DNA from: Spirochaetia bacterium
Lineage (GTDB): Bacteria; Spirochaetota; Spirochaetia; CADAEX01
Assembly (NCBI GenBank): GCA_963662795.1
Contig: OY759746.1
Location: 3,488,001-3,552,000 of the forward strand
DNA length: 64,000 bases
Direction of reading: 5' to 3'
Shown: piece by piece, positions 19,980 to 28,583 of the stretch
Position numbering within the stretch: position 1 is the stretch's first letter
How the letters are laid out: each line of letters opens with the position of its first letter
The notes under the pieces: generated by a model
What the model was told of the DNA's origin: nothing
The model's input: the letters and a program-made list of their open reading frames with translations, nothing else
The model's database searches: none
Position numbers and translations under genes: made by a program

Positions 19980-22613
19980 CTATTCCTTAATAAAGTACTG
20001 GGCAACTGCCAATGTCGCAATAGGAACTGAATAGGTAGAGCATGAAACATAATTAAGCCCGGCCCCTATACAGAATTCAATATTAACAGGAACAGCTCCC
20101 TGTTCCCCGCATAAACCCATAACTATATCAGGTCTTGTCATTTTTCCTCTTCTTACAGCTGTCTGTACAAGTTCCTGAACGTTTGGATCAAGTATTTCAA
20201 ACGGATTGGCCGGTATAATATCAAACTGGGTATAATCCGGCATAAAATTATTGAAATCATCGCGGGATAGGCCAAGAGTTGTTTGAGTGAGGTCATTTGT
20301 CCCGAAAGAGAAAAATTCTGCATACTTGGCGATATCTCCGGCGCTCAGCGCTGCTGCAGGAAGTTCTATCATTGTTCCTATTTTGTATTCAACAGGTTTA
20401 GCTTTTAATGACTCTCTGACCTGAAGTTCAACTTCCGTTAGACCTTTAATTGCTGTCCCTTCAATTTTCTTTCCGTAAACTATGGTTTTTAATTCCTCAG
20501 TATTCATAATAATTGGAATCATTATTTCAGGGTTAACCTTAACTCCCTCTTTTTGCAGTGAATACACTGATTCAAAAAGGGCTGTAACCTGCATTTCGTA
20601 TATTTCAGGATAAGAAATTGCAATTCTGCATCCCCGATGACCAAGCATTGGATTAAACTCGCTTAAACCGTCACATAACAGGGCTATCTCTTTTTGAGTT
20701 ATTTTTTGATAACCTTTCTGGGTTTTAAGATACTTAATAAAATCATCCATTTCTTTAGCATTATGCGGAAGAAATTCATGCAAAGGTGCGTCAAGAAGCC
20801 TTATTGTTACTTCTTTGCCCTCCATGATTTTTAATATTTTATAAAAATCATCTTTCTGCATATTTTTAAGCCGCAAAAGAGATTTTGCCCTTTTTTCCTT
20901 ATTGTCAGAAAGAATCATTTCACGGAAAACATTAATTCTTTTTTCATTGAAAAACATGTGTTCAGTTCTGCACAATCCGACACCTTCTGCACCGAATTTT
21001 TTTGCAAGCGAACAATCGCGCGGATTGTCTGCGTTTACCCTGACATGGAATTCCTTGTTATATTTTTTAGCAATCTGGATGAGTTTTTCAATTCCTGAGG
21101 ATGCAAAATCAGGTTCAATAAGTGTTGATTTACCGATATAAATTTCAGGACTTCCATAATGAGGAATATTCAGGGTAACATAATCACCTTCATTAAGCGT
21201 TACATCGTCAATGGTAATTTTATTTCCTTTGAATTTCATTTCAGGTTTAACAAGCGAAACTTTTCCATATTGCCGCGCAACAACAGACGCATGCGCAGCG
21301 TATCCGCCTTCTGAAGATAAAACACCGGATGCAACTTCGATGGCTTTAACATCTTCAGCAAAAGTAGCTTTCATGCAAAGTATGAAATTTGTATCAAGTC
21401 CCTGCTGCATTGCGACCTTGTTGGCATCAAGAAGAGCTTCTGTGGTAAAAAAGATCCTTCCTATTGCCGCCCCGGGAGCTCCGGTAATACCTCCGACAAG
21501 CTTTTTAAAACCTTTAGTTGAAGTGATATCAATGATTGGATGAAGTATTTCATTAAGCTGTTCAGGTTTTATTGCATTTAAAAAATATTTATCATCAATA
21601 AGTTTTCTATCGTGCAGATCAAGCAATGTAATTATCTCAGATTTAACCGATTTGTTAAGTACGTCCCTTTGATCAACAAGCCATAGTTTGCTGTTTTCAA
21701 TGGTAAAGCGGATATGTCTTATATCCTTAAAATGATCTTCCACAGTTCTGGCAATTTTATCCAGTTTAGAAAAATTCGATTTGTCAATCTTTGTAATATC
21801 TTTGCCTTTTACACCTGTAAAGTCAAAAGTATTCTGGAAATATTCTCCAAACAATACTTTATCTCCATTGATAATATTTCTTGTATAAAAGGAACCGCTG
21901 CATGATGTATTGCCTGTATTACCGTATACCATTGCAGAAACGCCAATTGCTGTATCGTTATCATTCATCTCATCAATTTTAAGCAGATAACTTACTCTTG
22001 ATATTGCATAGTCAAGCTGTTCATATGCATCTTCGAAAAAACTTTCCGGTAAAATTCCTTTTACCATCTCATAAAGTTTCTCAAGATCTTTTTCAGAAAC
22101 ACTTTTGTTGATTTTTCCGCTTATAAAATCAATTATTGTGTTGATTTTTATTGATTCCTTCTCTTTCTCTTCAATTTTTAATATTTTATCTTCAATGATG
22201 AGCAGTCCTTTTACCATAAAAAAAAGTTCGTTGTTGGAAAATTCACTGCCTACCATTTTGCTGAAACCATGAAGCGTCTTTTTTGTCAATCCGAAATTGT
22301 GCAGCGCCGGATAACTGCTTGTTATAATCAGGTTTGGGCTGATTACAATCTTTAAAGTCAAGGGTTTAGTTTCAGCGTCATATTTCTTCCCCATTTTATT
22401 TTCTACTTTGGAAATAAATGGTTTTATATATTTTATTATCTGACCGGTTTCAATAGAAGAAGCTACATCAGAGTCAATTGCGAATCCCGGAATTACAGGT
22501 AAATTCAGTTCTGCGAAATTATTTGCTTCTCTTATTCTTAACCCAATTTTTTCAAGTATTGATGAATTCTTTATAAATTCTTCTTTACAAAAAAAATGAA
22601 TATTATTTTTCAT
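19980..22613 (-). CDS. PPDK-like PEP-utilising protein with degenerate ATP-grasp domain
   Basis: Intact phospho-His motif GGYAAHASVVAR and C-terminal GLCRTEHMFF, IRLLD, NPMLGHRGCR, GTMIE, FSFGTNDLTQ, GLCGEQG; N-terminal nucleotide-binding motifs altered. Confidence 0.9.
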   Translation of the reverse strand: MKNNIHFFCKEEFIKNSSILEKIGLRIREANNFAELNLPVIPGFAIDSDVASSIETGQIIKYIKPFISKVENKMGKKYDAETKPLTLKIVISPNLIITSSYPALHNFGLTKKTLHGFSKMVGSEFSNNELFFMVKGLLIIEDKILKIEEKEKESIKINTIIDFISGKINKSVSEKDLEKLYEMVKGILPESFFEDAYEQLDYAISRVSYLLKIDEMNDNDTAIGVSAMVYGNTGNTSCSGSFYTRNIINGDKVLFGEYFQNTFDFTGVKGKDITKIDKSNFSKLDKIARTVEDHFKDIRHIRFTIENSKLWLVDQRDVLNKSVKSEIITLLDLHDRKLIDDKYFLNAIKPEQLNEILHPIIDITSTKGFKKLVGGITGAPGAAIGRIFFTTEALLDANKVAMQQGLDTNFILCMKATFAEDVKAIEVASGVLSSEGGYAAHASVVARQYGKVSLVKPEMKFKGNKITIDDVTLNEGDYVTLNIPHYGSPEIYIGKSTLIEPDFASSGIEKLIQIAKKYNKEFHVRVNADNPRDCSLAKKFGAEGVGLCRTEHMFFNEKRINVFREMILSDNKEKRAKSLLRLKNMQKDDFYKILKIMEGKEVTIRLLDAPLHEFLPHNAKEMDDFIKYLKTQKGYQKITQKEIALLCDGLSEFNPMLGHRGCRIAISYPEIYEMQVTALFESVYSLQKEGVKVNPEIMIPIIMNTEELKTIVYGKKIEGTAIKGLTEVELQVRESLKAKPVEYKIGTMIELPAAALSAGDIAKYAEFFSFGTNDLTQTTLGLSRDDFNNFMPDYTQFDIIPANPFEILDPNVQELVQTAVRRGKMTRPDIVMGLCGEQGAVPVNIEFCIGAGLNYVSCSTYSVPIATLAVAQYFIKE

Positions 22614-22633
22614 TTAAAAAGCCTCTTCTTTAT

Positions 22634-23683
22634 TTAGAATAGTCTCAAAACAGTGTTAACAGGGTATTTCAAAAAATCTTCAAATCTATGACTTGCGCCC
22701 TGTCTAAAATATCTTTGAAGTTTGGCTACATCCTGAATATCTCTTCCTGATACTGCAAACATGATTGCACTGCCATGTTTAACCTTACCCCATTTGAAAA
22801 GTGTATTTATATCGTGGATTCTTTCACCTTCATAGAAAATTATGACATCTGCACCTGGATATTTTGCTTTATAACTTCCTATGATCCTTTTCCACGCTTC
22901 AACATTTCCGTTGTGAAAAAGTTCATTGGTAACAGGGACAGCATACAGAGGCGTCATTCTTACAGGTCCGCTTCCGGTTGATGCAGGGACAGGTGCTGCT
23001 GCTTTCGATGCCTGCTGTGGTGCAGAGGCCGATTCTTTTACTTCAGCTCCGGAAGATTTTTGTGCTGTTTTATTTACCGATTTTTTAGTTGTACTCTTTT
23101 TTACCTGTGCTGTATTTTTTGGTGCCGGTTTCGTTTTTAAAACTTTAACTTTATATTTCCCGTCTAAAACCTGAGCAGGAACCTTTGGTTTTTTATTTTC
23201 AAATATTTTTATTATTTCTTCGATTACTTTTAAAGAATATTTATTCCCGTTTTTACCTGAATAATCGCCTGCATAAATTGTAAGTATTTCATATTTTTTA
23301 AATTCCGAAGTCAGCTGAAGACTTTCAAGTCTTTTCGGATTAATAACAAGATATCCAATGTTGGGATTATGATAACCAAAAACAATATCTATACCCGACC
23401 ATTTGGAAACTTCTTCCTGAATCTTGCTGAAATCAGTTATGGTTTCTTTTAAATTAATTGATTTAAAGGAATAATTATATTTATCAACAAGAAGGGAGTT
23501 AATTACAGGTAAAAGCTGATGCTGTTCGAGTTCCCCTTCCTGCAGATTTTTATTCAAAATATCTGCAATATTGTTGTAATCTTCAAATTCATTTATTGCT
23601 GAAAGTACAGAATTAAAATGGTTTAACGATTTATTAAAACCATCACGCGTATAAAAGCGCTCAAATTCTTTTATATCAGTCAT
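22634..23683 (-). CDS. Two-domain protein: unknown N-domain, K/A/P/S/T-rich linker, C-terminal HPr-like domain
   Basis: 349-aa ORF between cfpA and the PPDK-like gene; residues 243-330 align by eye with HPr. Confidence 0.75.
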   Translation of the reverse strand: MTDIKEFERFYTRDGFNKSLNHFNSVLSAINEFEDYNNIADILNKNLQEGELEQHQLLPVINSLLVDKYNYSFKSINLKETITDFSKIQEEVSKWSGIDIVFGYHNPNIGYLVINPKRLESLQLTSEFKKYEILTIYAGDYSGKNGNKYSLKVIEEIIKIFENKKPKVPAQVLDGKYKVKVLKTKPAPKNTAQVKKSTTKKSVNKTAQKSSGAEVKESASAPQQASKAAAPVPASTGSGPVRMTPLYAVPVTNELFHNGNVEAWKRIIGSYKAKYPGADVIIFYEGERIHDINTLFKWGKVKHGSAIMFAVSGRDIQDVAKLQRYFRQGASHRFEDFLKYPVNTVLRLF

Positions 23684-23709
23684 GGAATTTTCACCTGCCT
23701 TATGAATGG

Positions 23710-23739
23710 CCCGGAAAAGTTCTATCGAACTTTTCCGGG
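23710..23739 (-). other. Intercistronic stem-loop after cfpA, without a U-tract
   Basis: Perfect 13-bp stem CCCGGAAAAGTTC/GAACTTTTCCGGG with a 4-nt loop. Confidence 0.8.
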
Positions 23740-23751
23740 ATTAAATTGAAA

Positions 23752-25788
23752 TTAAATTGTAGTTAATTTATTGCCTGAACGTTTTCTCGTAGTAGTTTTT
23801 TTCTTTGAATTATCAACAACGCCGGTTGATTTTCTTTTTTCCTTTGCCGGTTTTGCTTTTGTAACTGCGAGTGCAGGTGCCGGGGATTCATTGTCAATGG
23901 TACTGTTCAGAAGATCAAGATAACTTTGTCCTTTATCTTCTTCTTCGCCTTCAGCAAGTTCAGTAGAGAAAGACTGACTGATATCTCCCCTGACAGTTGA
24001 CCTTCTTCGTGAGAATGAAGCAAACGCAGCATCCTGGAATCCTTTGGAAACACCATAAAGGAATTCATTGAGGACATTTGCCATACCGTCAAGTGTAGCT
24101 TTCTTTCTTTTTACTGATGTAATATCAAGATCAAAAAGAAGACCGGGCTGAATATGATAAGGATTTATAATATAATCATAATTGTTGAATTGTGCTTCAA
24201 GCTTTTCAAGCCTTTCTTCCATAACACGGCGCTGAATCGGATACTTATAGCCGTACATATCATGGAGTCTATTCTTCATAAGAACAAATCTCTTTTTAAT
24301 TTTATCCTTTTCAAAAATATATGTTCTGTTCAGCTCTTCTACACTTGTTTCAGCAGCCCTGATAAAAGAAACTTCATCCCAGACTTTCTCAATATTTTCA
24401 TAAAGAGGATCGCCTGTTTTTGCTTTGATGGTTTTTGCTATCTTGTTTTTATATGCTTTTGCAAGATCTTCAAAATCTGTTACACCCTTGAATCTCTTGG
24501 CATCCTGATAAACCATTTCAAGGATATCCCAAAGATGCTCTACTTCAACTTCAAAAGACTTGATCTGTACATCATAAGCTTTCTGTTCTTCAATAAGCTG
24601 TGCATTATCGTAATATCTCATTCGGATCTGATATCTTTCATCAGGAAGATGTTTTGCATCAGTATCTTCATATTCCCTGATCAACAGCTCTCTTCCGTTT
24701 TTCAGGTTTTCAATATACTGATAACCCATTTTTGAAGTATCAAGAATTGAGGTTATTGAATTGATTGCAGTGTTGTAGCCTCTGTTTCTGATATTTTCTA
24801 TATCAATTATCTTTTTAAGGTTTTCACGTACATTCAGCTGATCAAAAGACTCCGGCGGAATCTCTGCCCTTAATCCGTCAATAGCATCCATAAGATTTTT
24901 AGCAACAAGATTAAATCTCTTTGATTTGGGGTTATTCTTGTCATCATCAGTAAGGGTTTCCACCTTTTTCATCTTCTCAAAGATTATTTCACTATCGGTA
25001 AACTCTTCTTTACCTTCATCAATGAGCTGGTCTTTCAGTTTTTCAATCTCTGCATCAAGAATATCTGTGATGTTTTTCGAGATCAATTCCTTGATAAGAT
25101 ATTCAACTGTAGCCTGATAATGAAAAATCGGGCTGATCAGTTCTGAATCAAGGATATTAACAGACATTTTTACATCGCAAACAGTTTTTGGTTTGTAAAT
25201 ATTGTCTTTAAATGCACATTTCACAACAGAGTATGCATTTTCACCTCTGATAAACGCACCTACATCTGTTTTCTGCCGTAAAAGTGAGTTTGTGAGGTTT
25301 TCCAGATCGTTAACACCCCTCTGGATATGTCCCTGAAGGTGTCCGTACATGTTGACGATAGATTTTTCAATCTCACCGGTATTGAACTTATCCATACCGC
25401 CAACTTCATCAAGAAGTGTTGCAATTTCCTTAGGTGTATACCTGTTAAGAACCTGCATTTCCTGTTTGTCTATAAAATTCCTGACTCTTTTTACCATTTC
25501 ATCTTCAGTAGTAACAATATATCTATTGAACATATTCTGGTAGTTCTGGTTAAAATAGTTATAGACTTTTTCTTTAAGTCCACCCATTACATCAATTTTT
25601 TCCACAACTTCAAGTGGAAGTTTTGAAGTAACATGGTTTATTACTTTGTCTACTTCTTCTGCAAGAAGTCTGTCAACTTCGGCCTGCTGATCCCTGCTTT
25701 CCTGAGCGAGAGAGTTTCTAGATCCTACAGCACTCGGCTTCTCTGGGTGGAATACCATCGGGCTTTTTGGAAGATCAATACTTGCCAT
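23752..25788 (-). CDS. cfpA: Cytoplasmic filament protein A
   Basis: N-terminus [30 protein letters not shown] closely matches treponemal CfpA as I recall it; 678 aa, coiled-coil rich; AAGGAG RBS. Confidence 0.92.
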   Translation of the reverse strand: MASIDLPKSPMVFHPEKPSAVGSRNSLAQESRDQQAEVDRLLAEEVDKVINHVTSKLPLEVVEKIDVMGGLKEKVYNYFNQNYQNMFNRYIVTTEDEMVKRVRNFIDKQEMQVLNRYTPKEIATLLDEVGGMDKFNTGEIEKSIVNMYGHLQGHIQRGVNDLENLTNSLLRQKTDVGAFIRGENAYSVVKCAFKDNIYKPKTVCDVKMSVNILDSELISPIFHYQATVEYLIKELISKNITDILDAEIEKLKDQLIDEGKEEFTDSEIIFEKMKKVETLTDDDKNNPKSKRFNLVAKNLMDAIDGLRAEIPPESFDQLNVRENLKKIIDIENIRNRGYNTAINSITSILDTSKMGYQYIENLKNGRELLIREYEDTDAKHLPDERYQIRMRYYDNAQLIEEQKAYDVQIKSFEVEVEHLWDILEMVYQDAKRFKGVTDFEDLAKAYKNKIAKTIKAKTGDPLYENIEKVWDEVSFIRAAETSVEELNRTYIFEKDKIKKRFVLMKNRLHDMYGYKYPIQRRVMEERLEKLEAQFNNYDYIINPYHIQPGLLFDLDITSVKRKKATLDGMANVLNEFLYGVSKGFQDAAFASFSRRRSTVRGDISQSFSTELAEGEEEDKGQSYLDLLNSTIDNESPAPALAVTKAKPAKEKRKSTGVVDNSKKKTTTRKRSGNKLTTI

Positions 25789-25818
25789 AATACTCTCCTT
25801 AATTATGCTTACTAATAT

Positions 25819-25848
25819 AGAATATCAATAACTTCACAAAAATGTAAA
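25819..25848 (-). promoter_or_regulatory. Putative cfpA promoter
   Basis: Minus strand TTTACA-N18-TATTCT with extended TG, preceded by an A14 tract. Confidence 0.5.
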
Positions 25849-25853
25849 GCATG

Positions 25854-25867
25854 TTTTTTTTTTTTTT
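25854..25867. repeat. T14 homopolymer
   Basis: 14 consecutive T; the longest homopolymer I noticed in the window. Confidence 0.9.
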
Positions 25868-26010
25868 ACTTTTTATTATTACAATAGTTTTCTATAATAA
25901 TATTAAATAACAGTTTAATATTATTTATTAAGATTATAAACAATTGAACAATATAATACAAACACATTTTTATTAAACTGCTAAAATATCTTGACAGGAA
26001 AGGAAGCGAA

Positions 26011-27441
26011 ATGAAGAAGCATATTTTTTTGTTTATGTTTATTATGCTATTTTTGCGATTTCCGGTTTTTTCCGACAACAGGGAAGAAAATATTGATGTT
26101 TTTATTGTTCTGGATAAATCCTTGTCAATGGAAGATAAAATCGGGGCTGTAAGCGGTTATATAAACACATATATAGTGGACAGAATTATAATACCCGGCG
26201 ACATGCTTTATATACTGGATTTTTATGGAAAAACAGAAATTCTGATAAATTCCGAAATAACTGATGAAAATCACAAAACAGAAATCAAGAATACTATAAA
26301 AGAGGTAAAGGCAGACGGCAGATTTACAGATATCGGCAATGCACTTGACGGTTTGTCCGAAATAATACCCAGGTATGAGAATAACGGAAGATTAAAATAT
26401 ATGCTCCTTATAACTGACGGCAAACAGGAAGCTCCTCCTGAAAGCATATATTACAGTCCGGATGGAAGTTTCAATCACAGGTTTCTTGAGCATACAAGGA
26501 CAATTGAAAAACAGGGCTGGAAAATACAGGTTCTGGGTATAGGCAATAATACAGATGCTAAGGCGATAGCGGAAAAACTTTCAGCCGCTTATTCAGAAGT
26601 CGAGGCTCCCGCCGATTCATCAGATGAAGCATCTGAGAAATTAATTAAAGATATGATATCAGAAACAGAAGATTTTCTTACCGTTTTCAGCATAACTTCA
26701 CCGCCCGAAATAATTTACAAAGGTTTTTTCCAGAAATCATTTATGGTAATAACTATTGAAACATCAAATCTTGAAACAGAGAAACTGGTTAAATTGTCAT
26801 CAATGTATCTTAAAACTGATACTTTATCTGAAACCGACATTCTTGAGACAAGAAAATCTATTGAATTTACTGAAAATGGTATCAGAGAGGTACAGATCCC
26901 TGTAATTATTCCGTCTGCCCTTGAACCTGGAAAAGTTAATGGCAGTTTACGAATTTATTATAACAGTCATGATAATTTGACACCTTCAATACTTGATATT
27001 ACTTTTAAAAACAAAGGGATTTTAAGCAGGTTTTTTCTTCATTTTTCAGCAGTCGGAATTCTGCTGATTTTTTTATTATTTTTACTGCTTAAAAAAAGAT
27101 CAACGCCGGTTCTTTCTGTCAAGAAAGAAGGCTCAGGAAAAGAAATTGCTTTTTACTGCTATGTAGACGGCAGTAAACTGCAGGAACTGCCTTTTATACT
27201 CGGGAACCAGGATAAACTGTATCTAAACCTTTCTCCTGCCGGATTCATAAATTTTACAAAACAAAAACTTGCAACAACAAAAGCGTTTCTTACGGCAAAA
27301 GGCAATATGATTTCAATGGAGGTAATCGATAAATCATTTATTGAGGGGCCCAAAAATGTATTTGATAATATTCTTGAAAAAAGCTTTAATTTTATGAAAA
27401 AAAACGGTAAACATCTATTGATCAATTTCAAGAGGAAATAA
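26011..27441 (+). CDS. vWA-domain membrane protein (TP0750-like)
   Basis: Signal peptide, MIDAS DKSLS, FTDIGNAL, LLITDG, TM helix near residue 345, cytoplasmic C-domain. Confidence 0.85.
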   Translation: MKKHIFLFMFIMLFLRFPVFSDNREENIDVFIVLDKSLSMEDKIGAVSGYINTYIVDRIIIPGDMLYILDFYGKTEILINSEITDENHKTEIKNTIKEVKADGRFTDIGNALDGLSEIIPRYENNGRLKYMLLITDGKQEAPPESIYYSPDGSFNHRFLEHTRTIEKQGWKIQVLGIGNNTDAKAIAEKLSAAYSEVEAPADSSDEASEKLIKDMISETEDFLTVFSITSPPEIIYKGFFQKSFMVITIETSNLETEKLVKLSSMYLKTDTLSETDILETRKSIEFTENGIREVQIPVIIPSALEPGKVNGSLRIYYNSHDNLTPSILDITFKNKGILSRFFLHFSAVGILLIFLLFLLLKKRSTPVLSVKKEGSGKEIAFYCYVDGSKLQELPFILGNQDKLYLNLSPAGFINFTKQKLATTKAFLTAKGNMISMEVIDKSFIEGPKNVFDNILEKSFNFMKKNGKHLLINFKRK

Positions 27442-28583
27442 TGCATATAACTTCTTTATTCATAGACCGGGGCTATTTTAACAAAAAAAATATTCCAGGA
27501 TTTTCATCTGAATTCTCATTATCAGCTTTTCCATTTTGGGGAGAATACAACTTTTTGGATTTTGCCTACTACAACACTATTCTGCCAATTGATAATACTG
27601 AAATCAGAAGACTTCTGCTGTGTAATAAAAATGTTAAAAAAAATGCCTTTGCATCGCTTTCCCGATGGGATGACGCTATGGCTGAAATACTTTCAATTGA
27701 TTCGGAAATGGATTTTGTTTCAGAGCTCGCTTCCCTACTTGCCGGAGATTATGTACTGCTTTACGATATTAATCATGCTTCACTGATCTCAGAAACCGGC
27801 AAAAAAAAGATTCTTGAAATAACTGAATCCCTGGATAGCGATGAAATTGTAAAATTGTCTATAAATAATGTTCCTGTTGATATTTATCTTTCGCCGGTAA
27901 ACCATTTTATAGAATTACTTGAAAAAAACCGGAATTTAATGGAAAAAGAAAAAAAGTTTATTGAAACCCTTGTAGATGAAATAATGATTGGATGTTTTGA
28001 CCAGACAATTAATGTTGAAGGTAATGTATATTTCAACAGCACAATTACACAGTTTTACGAGAACAACATTGCACTTCTATATGACGGTGAATCGAATCTT
28101 ATGAACAATTTCCTTGCTGCTGCGCCGGAACCGGCAGAAAAAGATTCATTTATCAATAAAAACAGCATGGTGATAAATTCAATTATTTCTTCAAATGTAA
28201 AAATTGAAGGGTATGTTGAAAATTCGATAATATTTTCCGATGTGGTGATAAAAAATAACGCAAAAATAATTAATTCAGTAATATTAAACGGTAATCAGAT
28301 TGGAAAAGATGTGCTGATATCCAATGCTCTTGTTTTTCCCAATTCCAAAAACCCTGGCAGTATTTCAAATATACAGGAAAAATCTGTTATCGGAGGTAAT
28401 TCGAAAAAGGCGGTGAATATTTCTTATCCTGATCAAATCTATAATGGACTTACTTTTTTGGGGGCCAATCCTAACACACCTAAAAATTTCAGTATAGAAC
28501 CGGGGGGATACATGGGTGCAGATATACCATCCGTTAAACTGAAAAAGAATAATAAAATTGCCAGAAACGGTTCATTAGAATGA
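27441..28583 (+). CDS. Degenerate GlgC/GlgD-like nucleotidyltransferase with left-handed beta-helix
   Basis: AFPFWGEYNFLDF resembles GlgC AVPFGGxYRIIDF; hexapeptide repeats INSIISSNVKIEGYVENSIIFSDV; no GGxGxRL motif. Confidence 0.65.
   Translation: MHITSLFIDRGYFNKKNIPGFSSEFSLSAFPFWGEYNFLDFAYYNTILPIDNTEIRRLLLCNKNVKKNAFASLSRWDDAMAEILSIDSEMDFVSELASLLAGDYVLLYDINHASLISETGKKKILEITESLDSDEIVKLSINNVPVDIYLSPVNHFIELLEKNRNLMEKEKKFIETLVDEIMIGCFDQTINVEGNVYFNSTITQFYENNIALLYDGESNLMNNFLAAAPEPAEKDSFINKNSMVINSIISSNVKIEGYVENSIIFSDVVIKNNAKIINSVILNGNQIGKDVLISNALVFPNSKNPGSISNIQEKSVIGGNSKKAVNISYPDQIYNGLTFLGANPNTPKNFSIEPGGYMGADIPSVKLKKNNKIARNGSLE

Noticed and set aside
19980-22613. Ordinary ppdK, or a ppdK pseudogene
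   Set aside because: The ATP-binding motifs are lost, yet the ORF is full length with strongly conserved His and PEP domains, so neither label fits.
25866-26078. 70-aa minus-strand ORF upstream of cfpA
   Set aside because: Overlaps the vWA gene start, has low-complexity I/N/K composition from AT-rich intergenic DNA, and no RBS.
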